This document shows positions 9,239 through 19,372 of a stretch of DNA of 64,000 bases, piece after piece. Positions within the stretch are counted from its first letter, which is position 1. Every line of letters starts with the position of its first letter. Source of the stretch: a virus. The stretch covers positions 1 to 64,000 of IMG/VR virus record IMGVR_UViG_3300035670_000034. One strand, 5' to 3'. The notes under the pieces are model-generated. The model had not been told where the DNA came from, ran no database searches, and saw only the letters and a program-made list of their open reading frames with translations. Made by a program: the position numbers and the translations under genes.

Positions 9239-12200
9239 CTACATCCTGTTTTGATACTCGTACATAGCGCGTTCTAGTTCTGCTTTGATTTGTGGTAATG
9301 CTTCTTTTATTCCCAATCCATTCACATTTAAAGTAACAGAAATATCACCCTTTCCTGCTGGTGCAACGGGTGCCGACGTGGCTACTGGTTGCTTAAACGG
9401 AGCATACGTGTCACCCATTGGACCAGGACCAGGTACGACATGCAGGTGTCGGTTTGTGGAGCCGCCGTGGAATTCTGCAAATCCACCATTTTTTTCCACA
9501 ATTGTTTTGTACATTCCGAGTTGATTTCCTACCAAGTCGTATGCCCTGCCGGTAACGTGGTCGGAACTTGGCGAGCCAAGGTTGTAATTCCTCCAAGATG
9601 AAGTAATCATTCGCTTTCCAGAAAGCATGCTGTCCATTTCTTGATGTCTGGAAAGTGTTCTTGAAAGGCGCGAGCCAACCGTATCTCCGATTCTTGAACC
9701 CCTGGGTGTTCGCGTATCCTCTGGCTTGATTACGCCAGCCTCAATAAACAATTCACGCAAAGCATCCTTGGACCACCACTCTGGGTTTGAAGATTCTGGG
9801 CCGAAAAATTTACCCATCCCTTCAATAATTTCTCGTTCTGCTTCAAGCAAAATCATTTCTTTTTCTGCGTTATCTGTTGCCATCTTGAAAGCAGCACTTT
9901 GCTGGCTAATGTCATCAAAACCAACATTCATTCCATATTGTTTAAAGAAGTCAGATGTATTGGAACCAATATTCCCCGATGTTATTGCATTGAAAAATGC
10001 TTGCTGTTGTCCAAAATCCAAGTTTTTAAATTGCTCTGTAACTTTCTTCATGTCGCCCGGTTTCAGCATCTTGCCGCGTTCTGCAAGAACTGCGCCCATC
10101 TGGGGAGTCATTGTATTGATTACGCCTTTTTGGCTTTCTTCCAAAAACTTTGTCATTGCCTGGCCGGTCATCCCTGAGAAAAATTGATTTCCTAATCCGC
10201 CTAATGGATTTTTCTTTCCAGTAAGCGGATTTGTTTCTCTGAACGCAAGTCCTTGCGGGCTCCCAATTTGCTCTTGTAGGGCAAAATATGCAGCAGAAGC
10301 ATCTCCGCCGTACATATTGGTGAGTTGTTCGGCGTATCCCCTGGCAATTGTTGATGCGTCTTCAACGGTTACGTTTGCCCCAGCGCCTCTTTGGTTAAAA
10401 TCTTGCCTAAAGTTTTTGACCAATTCGTCTAATATATGTGGTGCTTGTTCCTGTTTGATGGCGGTGTCAAAAGCAGTGGCAGCAGCATTTTGCATAATTT
10501 CTGCAATCGCCATATCTATTTCTTGAGCCGTTTTCTTTACGGTTATGCCAAGTTTTGTAAGTTGTTCATTGAAATCAGCCGTACTATCGGCAAGATTAAC
10601 ACCCATGGTCTGAGCGAGTTCCATCATTTCCATTTCGCTCTTTCCTGTCATTTGTGTCATGACTTTTAGTCGTGAACTCAAAGTTGTGGTTGCCGTCTCC
10701 ATGGCAGTTGCCATTGCCGCAGACTTCTTTTGACCTTCCGTAAAATACGCATTGACAAGGTCCATGTCAAATTCTTCGTCGCGAGCAAAACGTCTTTTCT
10801 TCCTCTTGGTCAATCTGTCGTAATCTGATTTGCTCATTGCACCAGATGCGTATAGGTCATTTAGCACTGCTCTTTGGTCTTTTCTTGTTCGTTTGTCGTC
10901 CGAACTATTTCCAAAAAGCAAATCTCTTCCTTTTCTAAATCCATAACTTGCCACCCCAGTGGCGGCTCCAGCAATACCACCGGCGACACCTCCGATGATT
11001 ATTCCGGGAGCAAGGCCAAGACCGCCGGTTGCAAGTCCTACGCCAGTTCCAATGCCCGCTCCTATCCCGGCACCAACGCCGCCAAAACGTGTCATTTCCT
11101 CAATCAGGCTCAACTGACCACTCTTTTTGCCACCCAGCGCAGACCCCTTGGCCATTAGATTTGCCATATCTCTATATTTTTTGGCTTGTTTTTCCATTGA
11201 CTTAACAACAGTGGTTTCTGTTTTACCAGATTTTCTTGCACCACCTTCAAGCAATGACATTTGAACTGCAAATTCGCCAAATGAATTTTCAAAATAGGAA
11301 TCAACCATTGCTTTCGCTTCTTTTGTCTTGGCTTTGAGAGCATTGATTGGCGCCATTATCGCACCAGTTATTGTGCCAACTGCTGCGCCGATTGCAGTGC
11401 CCATGGGCCCAAACGATTTTCCAAATTGCGCACCAGCAAGAGCGCCACCACCCATTGCTAAACCCATATTTCCGCTCTTTATGGCGAACGTACCACCAGC
11501 AATTCCAGCAGCAAGTTTTGGACTAAATAAAGCCATCGATGATGCAAGGCCAAGACCGCCTTTGATTTCTTCGTCACCAACCCTATTGGATAGTCGCGAT
11601 AATCCCTGTTGGAGCATGAACGCTCCAATCATTCCGTCCAACTTATATTTTGAACCGCGTTCTTTTCTGTCTGCCTCCATCTGATTCGATGTGGCCATTA
11701 TGTTTTTGTAATTTTGTGCTCGCGACAACATGCTGAAATTTTTCTGCAAACCTTTTTTGGTCCCAACCCCAGGCATTACCGTGCCCCTCCACATGTCTCT
11801 GACCGCCGTGGTGGGAGAGGCGCCGCTACTTCTAAATCGTTTGAACGAACGCCACATTCCCCCAACGGATGTTGGCATCGTGCCGGGTGGGGTGTAGGGA
11901 CTTGTTGGTCCACTCGGCGTTAAGCCTCCACCAGGTGGAACAAGTGGGGGGATTCCACCACCACCACCACCACCGCCGCCTGGCATGACTGGAATCATCG
12001 GCGGAATTCCGCCAGTTCCAGTTCTTAGGCCAGCAGTTGCACTTGCTAGGCCTGCAGTAAAACCATGTAGTGCCTGAGTTGCTCCGCCCAAAGATGCTGG
12101 TAATGCCTGTGCGGATACGGCACTTTGACCAAGAAGAACTGCGCCACGCGCTTGCGATGGTGAAAGCGTTGACGATGCAAGACCTGCGCCGGCCGCACTC

Positions 12201-14182
12201 GCCCCACTACCAGAAAGTCCGAGCATTCCAGCCGCGCCACCCGGCATCGTGCCAGGTCCACCAGTAAGGGTGCTCGCAGTGCTCATTAGTGGGTAATACC
12301 TATTCCACGCTTGTTGTGCATCTGCCCCAAGCCAGCCGCCTTTTGCGGCGCCGCCTATTGCGGCTCCAATTAATGGACTTGTTCCGCCAGTTGGGCCCAT
12401 GAATGCTGGGTGGGAGCCAAGTTTTGCGCCCTGAATTGCCCCCTGAACAGTCCCAACAATCGACACGCTGTTTGCTTTTACGTTCATTCTTTGTGTCAGC
12501 ATTTCCCTGTCGAGAACAGTTCCGCGAGCAGTTTTCATTCCCCTGCCCATTGCGAGGAGTGCCGCAAGAGCGCCTTGGCTACCAAGATTGCCGCCAAAGA
12601 ATGGCAAGTTTTCCATGAAATTAAATATTCTTGTGAACTGCTGAACAAGAAGTTTTAGGCCTTTAAAAATATTGTTTATGAAAGGTAAATTCTCTTTAAT
12701 TACTCTTTGGAACACCCTAATTACGCTTAGAACTTCGGCAATTGTTTCACCAATGGAAGTACCAAGTTTTTCAAATTCAGCCCTATTGAATTGAAGACTT
12801 CTGTTGAATTCTTTTGATGCTCCGCTAATTTCTCGCCATATTGGTCGCCATGCATTGCCAAACATTTTTTCAATAACCCGCGCGCCGTCAATGAATGGTC
12901 TTAGGTCATTTAAAATTTCATTCCAGCCTTCTTTGAATCTTCTCCACCATTCACCAAGACGGCTAAACATTCCTTCGGATTTTGGCAGGTATTCGCGAAT
13001 TAGTTTGACGTAAAAGTCTGAGATTTTTTGTACTGCATTAACGATTGCATCAACAAAGCCACCGCGCTTTTCCCATCCGGCAACGGCTCCTGTCGTCATT
13101 TGCATTGTTCTTGTAAAGATTCGGTAGATTCTTTCTAAACCAACTTTTGCTTCTGGCAAAAACTGTTGTCCGAAGTCAGCAAATTGTCCGCGTATTAGGT
13201 TGAAATACTTTTTTACTTGTCCAATAAGGGTGTTATTTACTGCATCAAATTGACCAGTTACGCCGCCAAGGGTAGACAGTTGACCACTCTTCATGGCGTC
13301 TATGAACTTTTGTTTGGTGTCAATACCTTGTTTTTGTGCTTGCTTAAGAGCCTCTTCTGCTGCTGGTCCTAGTTCTTTAAATGCAGACTTGATTGCGCCA
13401 AGTCCTTTTTTGGGGTCTTGTATTGCGGTGACAACTTTGGCTGCTTTTACAAGTCCTTCCTCAAGTGGCTGACCGGCTGCTGCAAAATCACCAAGGTCCT
13501 TAAGAAGGCTTTTACTACTTGCGAGATACCCCGTTTTGGATTTTGCTATTTCTGAGTATGCCTTATTAAGTGTTTCAACTCCGGCGCCAGCAAGTTTTGC
13601 ATCCATGTGCAAACCGCGCATATTTACGCGAACCTGATTTAAGCCGCTGCCAAATTCTTTGTTATTTTTGCCGGTGTACGCAAACATCGCTGCTTGCTGT
13701 TCTCTGATGGCAGTTGAAACCAATCCAATTGCAACTGCGGCTCCGGCAGCAGTTGCGGCCAGGCCCTTCAATGCAACGTGATATGACTTTACCAAGAACC
13801 TGCCGGTAACAAATAATGCGTGAATACCGACCAACGCGACCGACATCGCACCAAGACCAAGTGTTGCAAGTTTTAGGCCCCCAACAAGCATGGTTTGCAA
13901 AACAGCGCCCATGTTCCGCAGCATTTTCGTGCCCGCAAAAGCGTGTCGTTCAAGAACTCTTGTGCTCTTGTTTAACTTTTCAGTTGCTATGGCTGCCGCA
14001 GCAGATGAACTGGCAAGGCCAATGAGGGCTCTTGATGCCTTGTTTGCCTGTGAGGCAAGGAACTTGAGTCTTACTCCGGTTTTTGTTGCGTGGTCGCCAA
14101 GTTCATCGACACGCTCTGTGGAGCGTGTTGGACCTTCGTCCCTCTTCGTCTCGACAAATATTTCTGCTCTGCTACTGGCCAT
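9239..14182 (-). CDS. Tape measure protein (1647 aa) with C-terminal M15-type peptidase domain
   Basis: Long Ala/Gly-rich helical protein after the chaperone gene. The C-terminus has SDHVTGRAYD and RHLHV. Confidence 0.9.
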   Translation of the reverse strand: MASSRAEIFVETKRDEGPTRSTERVDELGDHATKTGVRLKFLASQANKASRALIGLASSSAAAAIATEKLNKSTRVLERHAFAGTKMLRNMGAVLQTMLVGGLKLATLGLGAMSVALVGIHALFVTGRFLVKSYHVALKGLAATAAGAAVAIGLVSTAIREQQAAMFAYTGKNNKEFGSGLNQVRVNMRGLHMDAKLAGAGVETLNKAYSEIAKSKTGYLASSKSLLKDLGDFAAAGQPLEEGLVKAAKVVTAIQDPKKGLGAIKSAFKELGPAAEEALKQAQKQGIDTKQKFIDAMKSGQLSTLGGVTGQFDAVNNTLIGQVKKYFNLIRGQFADFGQQFLPEAKVGLERIYRIFTRTMQMTTGAVAGWEKRGGFVDAIVNAVQKISDFYVKLIREYLPKSEGMFSRLGEWWRRFKEGWNEILNDLRPFIDGARVIEKMFGNAWRPIWREISGASKEFNRSLQFNRAEFEKLGTSIGETIAEVLSVIRVFQRVIKENLPFINNIFKGLKLLVQQFTRIFNFMENLPFFGGNLGSQGALAALLAMGRGMKTARGTVLDREMLTQRMNVKANSVSIVGTVQGAIQGAKLGSHPAFMGPTGGTSPLIGAAIGGAAKGGWLGADAQQAWNRYYPLMSTASTLTGGPGTMPGGAAGMLGLSGSGASAAGAGLASSTLSPSQARGAVLLGQSAVSAQALPASLGGATQALHGFTAGLASATAGLRTGTGGIPPMIPVMPGGGGGGGGGIPPLVPPGGGLTPSGPTSPYTPPGTMPTSVGGMWRSFKRFRSSGASPTTAVRDMWRGTVMPGVGTKKGLQKNFSMLSRAQNYKNIMATSNQMEADRKERGSKYKLDGMIGAFMLQQGLSRLSNRVGDEEIKGGLGLASSMALFSPKLAAGIAGGTFAIKSGNMGLAMGGGALAGAQFGKSFGPMGTAIGAAVGTITGAIMAPINALKAKTKEAKAMVDSYFENSFGEFAVQMSLLEGGARKSGKTETTVVKSMEKQAKKYRDMANLMAKGSALGGKKSGQLSLIEEMTRFGGVGAGIGAGIGTGVGLATGGLGLAPGIIIGGVAGGIAGAATGVASYGFRKGRDLLFGNSSDDKRTRKDQRAVLNDLYASGAMSKSDYDRLTKRKKRRFARDEEFDMDLVNAYFTEGQKKSAAMATAMETATTTLSSRLKVMTQMTGKSEMEMMELAQTMGVNLADSTADFNEQLTKLGITVKKTAQEIDMAIAEIMQNAAATAFDTAIKQEQAPHILDELVKNFRQDFNQRGAGANVTVEDASTIARGYAEQLTNMYGGDASAAYFALQEQIGSPQGLAFRETNPLTGKKNPLGGLGNQFFSGMTGQAMTKFLEESQKGVINTMTPQMGAVLAERGKMLKPGDMKKVTEQFKNLDFGQQQAFFNAITSGNIGSNTSDFFKQYGMNVGFDDISQQSAAFKMATDNAEKEMILLEAEREIIEGMGKFFGPESSNPEWWSKDALRELFIEAGVIKPEDTRTPRGSRIGDTVGSRLSRTLSRHQEMDSMLSGKRMITSSWRNYNLGSPSSDHVTGRAYDLVGNQLGMYKTIVEKNGGFAEFHGGSTNRHLHVVPGPGPMGDTYAPFKQPVATSAPVAPAGKGDISVTLNVNGLGIKEALPQIKAELERAMYEYQNRM

Positions 14183-14241
14183 ATCTTCCTAAGTTGTAAT
14201 GAAAGAAACTTATCTTTCTCTAACTCGGGCAGAGGGGAGTG

Positions 14242-14445
14242 CTACTTTTTCTCCATTTCGCGCCGTTCTCGCTCGCGGTCTTCTGATACAACTTTAGCAC
14301 ATGCCATGAGTATCAGCCATTCATTTGGTGATACGTCAAGTAGTTCTAGTGGATTAGTGCCCCAAAGTTCACCAAGTCTTGCGGCATTGATGATTAAGGA
14401 ATCTTCGACTAATTCGTCAAAGACTCCTTCATAGGGTCCTCTGTG
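14242..14445 (-). CDS. Tail assembly chaperone -1 frameshift extension (GT-type)
   Basis: Open -1 frame overlapping the 3' end of the chaperone, with no usable start until late: GPYEGVFDELVEDSLIINAARLGELWGTNPLELLDVSPNEWLILMACAKVVSEDRERERREMEKK*. Confidence 0.7.
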   Translation of the reverse strand, partial: HRGPYEGVFDELVEDSLIINAARLGELWGTNPLELLDVSPNEWLILMACAKVVSEDRERERREMEKK

Positions 14446-14933
14446 TCAACCGTATCCGAATATCCTGCTGCTTCAAGGATTGCAACTGCGGCTGACTCAA
14501 CATGCGGGTCAACTCCAAAAAAGGCGCGCACACAGTCTGGTTGCGGACGGGTTGTCTCAGTCATTTCAAGAATGATGTCCGAAGCAAAGGTGAGTTCATT
14601 TCCATCTGCATCTTTAACTTCTTCATCGTCGAACATCATTCCGACGGTGGTGCTACCAACAACCAAACATGCAAATCGCAGTGCATCCATTCCGGCTTTT
14701 GTGTCCTCGCCAGCAGACTTTCTCCAGTTTCTAATTTGATTCTGGGTAATGTTTGGGCTGATAATCAATTTGACATTTGGTCGTTCTGGAATCGCCATTA
14801 AAACTTGCGCGCGCTCAACCTTGCGCTTGACGACCGCCGTAAGTTGGTCAAGCAAAGTCGGCTCAGACTTTTTTTCTGCCTTTGCTGGCTTCTTTGGTTC
14901 TTCTGATGATGTGTAAAGTTCGTTGTTGCTCAT
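14409..14933 (-). CDS. Tail assembly chaperone (G-type), likely start MSNNELY at 14933
   Basis: Lies between the tube and tape measure genes. Ends GAC CCT ATG AAG GAG TCT TTG ACG AAT TAG, overlapping a -1 ORF. Confidence 0.75.
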   Translation of the reverse strand: MSNNELYTSSEEPKKPAKAEKKSEPTLLDQLTAVVKRKVERAQVLMAIPERPNVKLIISPNITQNQIRNWRKSAGEDTKAGMDALRFACLVVGSTTVGMMFDDEEVKDADGNELTFASDIILEMTETTRPQPDCVRAFFGVDPHVESAAVAILEAAGYSDTVDTEDPMKESLTN

Positions 14934-14986
14934 GGGGAAAAACCTAGCACAACAAACACCAACCAAGTGTAAATTGTTTAATTAAT

Positions 14987-15460
14987 TTACTTGCTGGTAA
15001 CCGTCGACACCGAGAAGGTGAGCGCAAAGGTTGACGGAGCGCCAGAGGACGAGTCTCCGTCCGGCTCGGTAAGGCCAACCAAGAGCGCCTTGGAGTAGAT
15101 GCGGTCCAAACCGGGCTTCTTCAAGTCGCAGTCGTAGGTCTCCACCACGATGTCGTAGTAGGCCTTGCCGACGTACTCGCGCAACTTGGCAACTTTTGCG
15201 GCCAAGCCAGTGGCACTATCCGAGGCGACTCTGTCATCGTCGTAGTGTGCGGTAACGGTAATGTCGCCGATATCGAATGGGGCGCACAGAACAGTTGGGG
15301 AAGCCTTTCCGCCCTCGTAAATCTTCTCCACCGAGGCGGTGATTTCTCCACCCGACACTTGGGCAAACAAAAAGGTCTCAAACTTTGGCAGGTCAGTGAC
15401 TTGCTGCGCTGCGTGCGGAGCAATTCTTGCAAGGACTTGCCTTTGTGATACTTTTGCCAT
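14987..15460 (-). CDS. Tail tube protein (157 aa)
   Basis: Follows the sheath gene. FAQVSGGEITASVEKIYEGG and GDITVT motifs; GC-rich high-expression codon usage; SD GGAGG. Confidence 0.8.
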   Translation of the reverse strand: MAKVSQRQVLARIAPHAAQQVTDLPKFETFLFAQVSGGEITASVEKIYEGGKASPTVLCAPFDIGDITVTAHYDDDRVASDSATGLAAKVAKLREYVGKAYYDIVVETYDCDLKKPGLDRIYSKALLVGLTEPDGDSSSGAPSTFALTFSVSTVTSK

Positions 15461-15476
15461 TTCCTATCCTCCGTTT

Positions 15477-16955
15477 TTAGACGACCGACTTGGTCAAGTT
15501 CGACTTAATGATGTCGACTTCAATCTTGTCACCGACACTGGAAACTCTCAAGCCAACCTTGGCCTTGACCAAACCATCAGCAAGTTGCGAGGTTGGGTTG
15601 AGCGATGCGTCGCACTTGACCGTGTAGCCAAAGTCAATTCTCTTGCCGTTTGCGTCAAACGCCTCAAACAGGGCGCCATTCGCTCTAAGCGGCTCAAGAA
15701 TTGCAAACAACTTTGACTCAACAGCGGCAAACACCGTGTTTCGTCCATCGATAACACTGAAGATGAGGTCTTCCAGCGAGCGATAGGCCTCAACAACCAC
15801 CTGGTTGACAACGTCTTGCGCCGTGATGTAGCGGAAGTTTGTGGTGTCTGGCGAAACTGAACGAGCACCATAAACACGAATCGTGTTGTTTATTACACGA
15901 ATTGCGTTTACATACGAATCATCAAGAGAGTCTCCGTTGCTCTTGTCGATGTCAGTTGCAACGCCATTCACAAACGATGCAACAGAAATCAGACCAGCGC
16001 CTGGTTTATGTGCTCCAACTTGAGTGTGGGCAACAGCGCGCTTTGCAGCCGCATAGCCAACCGGTGGAATCAGTCTGTTTACACCAGCAGTGGTGGTTGG
16101 AATATAGACCCATGGGTAGAAATATGCAACGTGCTCAGCGTTTTCATCTGCTGCAGAAAGGTTATTGCCAGCAGTCTTTGCTTCCGCAATCGTGTCATCA
16201 AATGCGCCACTCAAGAATGCAATTCTATTGTAGGCATTTGCGTGAGTTGCAAGACCCGTCTGCACTGTGGTGTTATGCGACTCTGGGCAAACAACAACAC
16301 CAGTTCCATAAGACTCAAGGAAAAGGTTAAGGCCAGTGACGTAGTCTGCAGCAGCAACGGTTTCCTCGTTGTCATCGCCAGCGCTAAGTGCAGTGGCAGA
16401 TGAGTTTTCCGGAAGTGGGGAGCCTGACGCTTCCAGGTCAGCAGCAACTACAACCTTCGACGCTTTTGCGCTTGAGTTGATACGACCGACCGCTTGAGCA
16501 ACTGAGGTGCAGTTGCCGGTGCTGTAAAGCAAAGTTCCGCTGTCGTAAATCTTGATGATGAATGTTCCGGAAACAGTTCCTGGGTTAACCGTTTCGACTG
16601 TTATGTCACTGCTCCATGCGCCAGGGCCGTTGGCAGTAATCGTCATGACGTCATCGCCACCGACCCCACCCTCATTCAGGGTAAGGGAACCAGTTGAGTG
16701 ACCAGAACCAGCAACACGAGCAATGTACGCTCTTGTGCCGCCCTCTTCAAAAAATGTTTGAATAGTCGGGTGCAAGTACGCATACGATGCGTACCCACCA
16801 TAAATCGCCTCAAACTCCTCGAGACTTGTCACCAACTTTGCGGTGTCAACAGGACCGCGAGCGGCCTTGCCAACTGCGAACAGTTGCGACGTCTCAACGG
16901 ACGTCGCCGCATTCGGTCCGACTCTTACTGCTGTTTGTATGCTTACGCCTGGCAT
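15477..16955 (-). CDS. Contractile tail sheath protein (492 aa)
   Basis: MPGVSIQT, GKAARGP, TFFEEGG.RAYIARV, YFYPWV, VNAIRVINNTIRVYGARS and YTVKCDASLNP are canonical sheath motifs. Confidence 0.95.
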   Translation of the reverse strand: MPGVSIQTAVRVGPNAATSVETSQLFAVGKAARGPVDTAKLVTSLEEFEAIYGGYASYAYLHPTIQTFFEEGGTRAYIARVAGSGHSTGSLTLNEGGVGGDDVMTITANGPGAWSSDITVETVNPGTVSGTFIIKIYDSGTLLYSTGNCTSVAQAVGRINSSAKASKVVVAADLEASGSPLPENSSATALSAGDDNEETVAAADYVTGLNLFLESYGTGVVVCPESHNTTVQTGLATHANAYNRIAFLSGAFDDTIAEAKTAGNNLSAADENAEHVAYFYPWVYIPTTTAGVNRLIPPVGYAAAKRAVAHTQVGAHKPGAGLISVASFVNGVATDIDKSNGDSLDDSYVNAIRVINNTIRVYGARSVSPDTTNFRYITAQDVVNQVVVEAYRSLEDLIFSVIDGRNTVFAAVESKLFAILEPLRANGALFEAFDANGKRIDFGYTVKCDASLNPTSQLADGLVKAKVGLRVSSVGDKIEVDIIKSNLTKSVV

Positions 16956-16999
16956 GACACCTTCCTCGCTGTAGAGAAACTTCTCATGTTAATTTAGAA

Positions 17000-17320
17000 C
17001 TATTGTACAGACTCAACATCTTCCGCTGATGCAACTGTTTGCTTAACTTCGTCAGTTTCTTCTAAAACTTGTTTTTGTTTTGGTTTTGGAGAGGAAGGCT
17101 TGGCTGGTCTGTGCAAAACAACTAGTTTTCCGTCGCTTATTCCCTTTGCGCAAATCGGACAAGACTCATCAATTGCTGCCATTGTGTTTTTGGCAAGGGT
17201 TCGTCCATCGCTGTCTACCTCAAATGGACCACCAGAAACGTTTTTTACGACAACTACTGATGAGCCAGACAAACCAGAGTAATCCCCTTTGTTTTTCACT
17301 TTTTTAAAAAAATGGCTCAT
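17000..17320 (-). CDS. Hypothetical protein (106 aa)
   Basis: ORF with SD TAGGAG that fills the gap in the tail operon. Confidence 0.6.
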   Translation of the reverse strand: MSHFFKKVKNKGDYSGLSGSSVVVVKNVSGGPFEVDSDGRTLAKNTMAAIDESCPICAKGISDGKLVVLHRPAKPSSPKPKQKQVLEETDEVKQTVASAEDVESVQ

Positions 17321-17366
17321 TTGACAATCTCCTAAGCGTTATCAGTAAATTGTACTTTATAAACAA

Positions 17367-18002
17367 TCAATCAATTGTAAATGTTTCCGTGTTTGCGGAG
17401 ACGTCTAGGTTTGTGTCGGTGATTCCATCTTGCGAAACTGACAATTCAATTTCCTGTATTTCCCCAATATCCTGACGAGTCACAACCTCATTGATTCCAA
17501 GGTTGTACCCGACGTAGCCACCACACAAAACCCTGTCGCCTTTCAAAAGGGTTATTTCAGAAAATTCTTCCCTCATGGTATTTTCGTCAATCATTACCTG
17601 AAATGACTGACGCGGGTCAACAGCCTGTAGGCACGGATAATCCAAAAGTGCAGACCTGACAACAGATGTAAGTCTGTCGCGAGCGACTGTCGCCTCATCA
17701 GGGCCAACCGCCCTGCACCAAACATAAGTTCTCATTGAGTAATTAACTCGATACAAAGGGTCTGGGCCATCAAATCCCATTCTTTCAAAACTTTGCGTTG
17801 ATATAGCGACCGTAATTACTGTCGGCCAAGCATCCAGGGCAAGGGGCTCGTAAGCAAAATACTTTTCTGGCATTGGTAATTCAGTGCTTGAAATATCCCA
17901 GCCGTTTCTATATCTAACAATTCGTTTTGGCAAATCATTTTGCAAATATGTAGAAACGTAGTTTTTTGCAAAGTGCGCCCCATGCATTAAGTAATTCGGC
18001 AT
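17367..18002 (-). CDS. Tail terminator/completion-like protein (211 aa)
   Basis: Lies between the neck and sheath genes. WPTVITVAIST and ARDRLTSVVRSALL fit the tail-terminator fold. Confidence 0.55.
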   Translation of the reverse strand: MPNYLMHGAHFAKNYVSTYLQNDLPKRIVRYRNGWDISSTELPMPEKYFAYEPLALDAWPTVITVAISTQSFERMGFDGPDPLYRVNYSMRTYVWCRAVGPDEATVARDRLTSVVRSALLDYPCLQAVDPRQSFQVMIDENTMREEFSEITLLKGDRVLCGGYVGYNLGINEVVTRQDIGEIQEIELSVSQDGITDTNLDVSANTETFTID

Positions 18003-18467
18003 TTACTCAACTCCATCAACAATGTAATCGGCAATCATTTGGGCAACATCTTCTGTCCATTCTTCTGATGCAAAAATAATTGGACGTGCAGGCATTTTTG
18101 TAGTTCCATACTGATGAAATTTTGGTATTTCTCCAGCAAAACTGAACGTAGCGCTTCGCAGGTTTCCATCAACATCAGGGCCTTGTGCGATTTTGGAAAA
18201 CAATCCGCCTTCTTTTACCAGCATTGGCGAGCCTGGATAGTTTCGTATTTTCCACGACCCATATTCTGCATCCAATGGGGCCCAACCACCAGAGGGCAAA
18301 CCCTGTGAAGTAAAGTTTGCAATCATGTAGGCCTTCAAACTTGCGTTTGCTTTTGGCCAAACCGGACGAAGGTCTTTCATCCTTCGTTTAATCATTTTCA
18401 AATCGTGACTCATTTCCTTGAGTCCGGTTATTTTTAACTTTATGTTGCAAGCAAGTTCAGCGCCCAT
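18003..18467 (-). CDS. Neck/virion morphogenesis protein (Mu gpG-like, 154 aa)
   Basis: NFTSQG...WAPL, MLVKEGGL and KFHQYGTTKMPARP motifs. Confidence 0.8.
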   Translation of the reverse strand: MGAELACNIKLKITGLKEMSHDLKMIKRRMKDLRPVWPKANASLKAYMIANFTSQGLPSGGWAPLDAEYGSWKIRNYPGSPMLVKEGGLFSKIAQGPDVDGNLRSATFSFAGEIPKFHQYGTTKMPARPIIFASEEWTEDVAQMIADYIVDGVE

Positions 18468-18469
18468 AA

Positions 18470-19342
18470 TTAAGCAATTCTGCGTCTTGAGTATTTTTTT
18501 AGTTGAGCAAGTTCGGTGTCCAAAAACCCAGTTTGGGCAACAGCAACATTTCGTGGATTCAAATCCTTTACGCCGACAACATCATCATGCATGTTTTGCA
18601 TTTCTCGTGTTGCTGCCCTGAGAATCATAAGTTTAAACATCTTGATGTTTTCTCCGTCCAGCCCACCCATATATGTGATGCGAAGAATATCATTTGCAAA
18701 TCCGGTGTAAACATCTATTCCGTAACGACGCACTGTATATTCGCTTCCATTTGCAGTAGCAGAACCATCAGAAACATATGTTCCGGTAACGCCCGAATTT
18801 GCAACGCTAAATGTAGTAGACGTTACTCCCGTTATGACTTTTGCATTTAAGTTGAACGTTGATGGATTGCAATCAATCACCGTCACTGTTTGCCCAAGTG
18901 TAAACCCGTGATTACCGGCTGTGTATGTTGCTGTGCCGGAAGATACGGTTGCAGCAGTTATATTCGCAGTTCTTTTTACCGCTTCCCCAAGAATCTTGTT
19001 CGTTATTGTTGGTCCGTCCATTTCAACTTTTGTCACGGATGCAACTGGGGTATTTCTTAAATAAACAGTGCTCGGAGGAGCGGCATAAGTAATAATTCCA
19101 TTTGGGTCAGAATCGCCGAGCCCTAGGCCCTGATTATAAAAATAGGAACCCATCGGAACGTTGACGTGATTGGCCTCAAGGATATGAGTCTCATCGACAA
19201 ACTCGGTAATCTCAACAGGGCGGCCCAAGAAAGTCTCCATTTCGCTTTGGAGACCTTGCAAAATTATTTCTGCGGCATCTTGCTGCCTTAAGGAAAGGCT
19301 GATGTCCATGTATGTCGTGAGGTCAGAAAGCGTTACCAACAT
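18470..19342 (-). CDS. Head-tail adaptor/connector (290 aa) with an inserted beta module
   Basis: LVTLSDLTTY...METFLGR, YLRNTPVASVTKV and ITYMGG are gp6/gp15-like features. Confidence 0.75.
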   Translation of the reverse strand: MLVTLSDLTTYMDISLSLRQQDAAEIILQGLQSEMETFLGRPVEITEFVDETHILEANHVNVPMGSYFYNQGLGLGDSDPNGIITYAAPPSTVYLRNTPVASVTKVEMDGPTITNKILGEAVKRTANITAATVSSGTATYTAGNHGFTLGQTVTVIDCNPSTFNLNAKVITGVTSTTFSVANSGVTGTYVSDGSATANGSEYTVRRYGIDVYTGFANDILRITYMGGLDGENIKMFKLMILRAATREMQNMHDDVVGVKDLNPRNVAVAQTGFLDTELAQLKKYSRRRIA

Positions 19343-19372
19343 TTTTCAACCTCTCAATGTGGATTGGCGACT

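Noticed and set aside
11950-11985. (CCA)n/(ACC)n run as a functional DNA repeat
   Set aside because: It simply encodes a poly-Gly linker in the tape measure protein.
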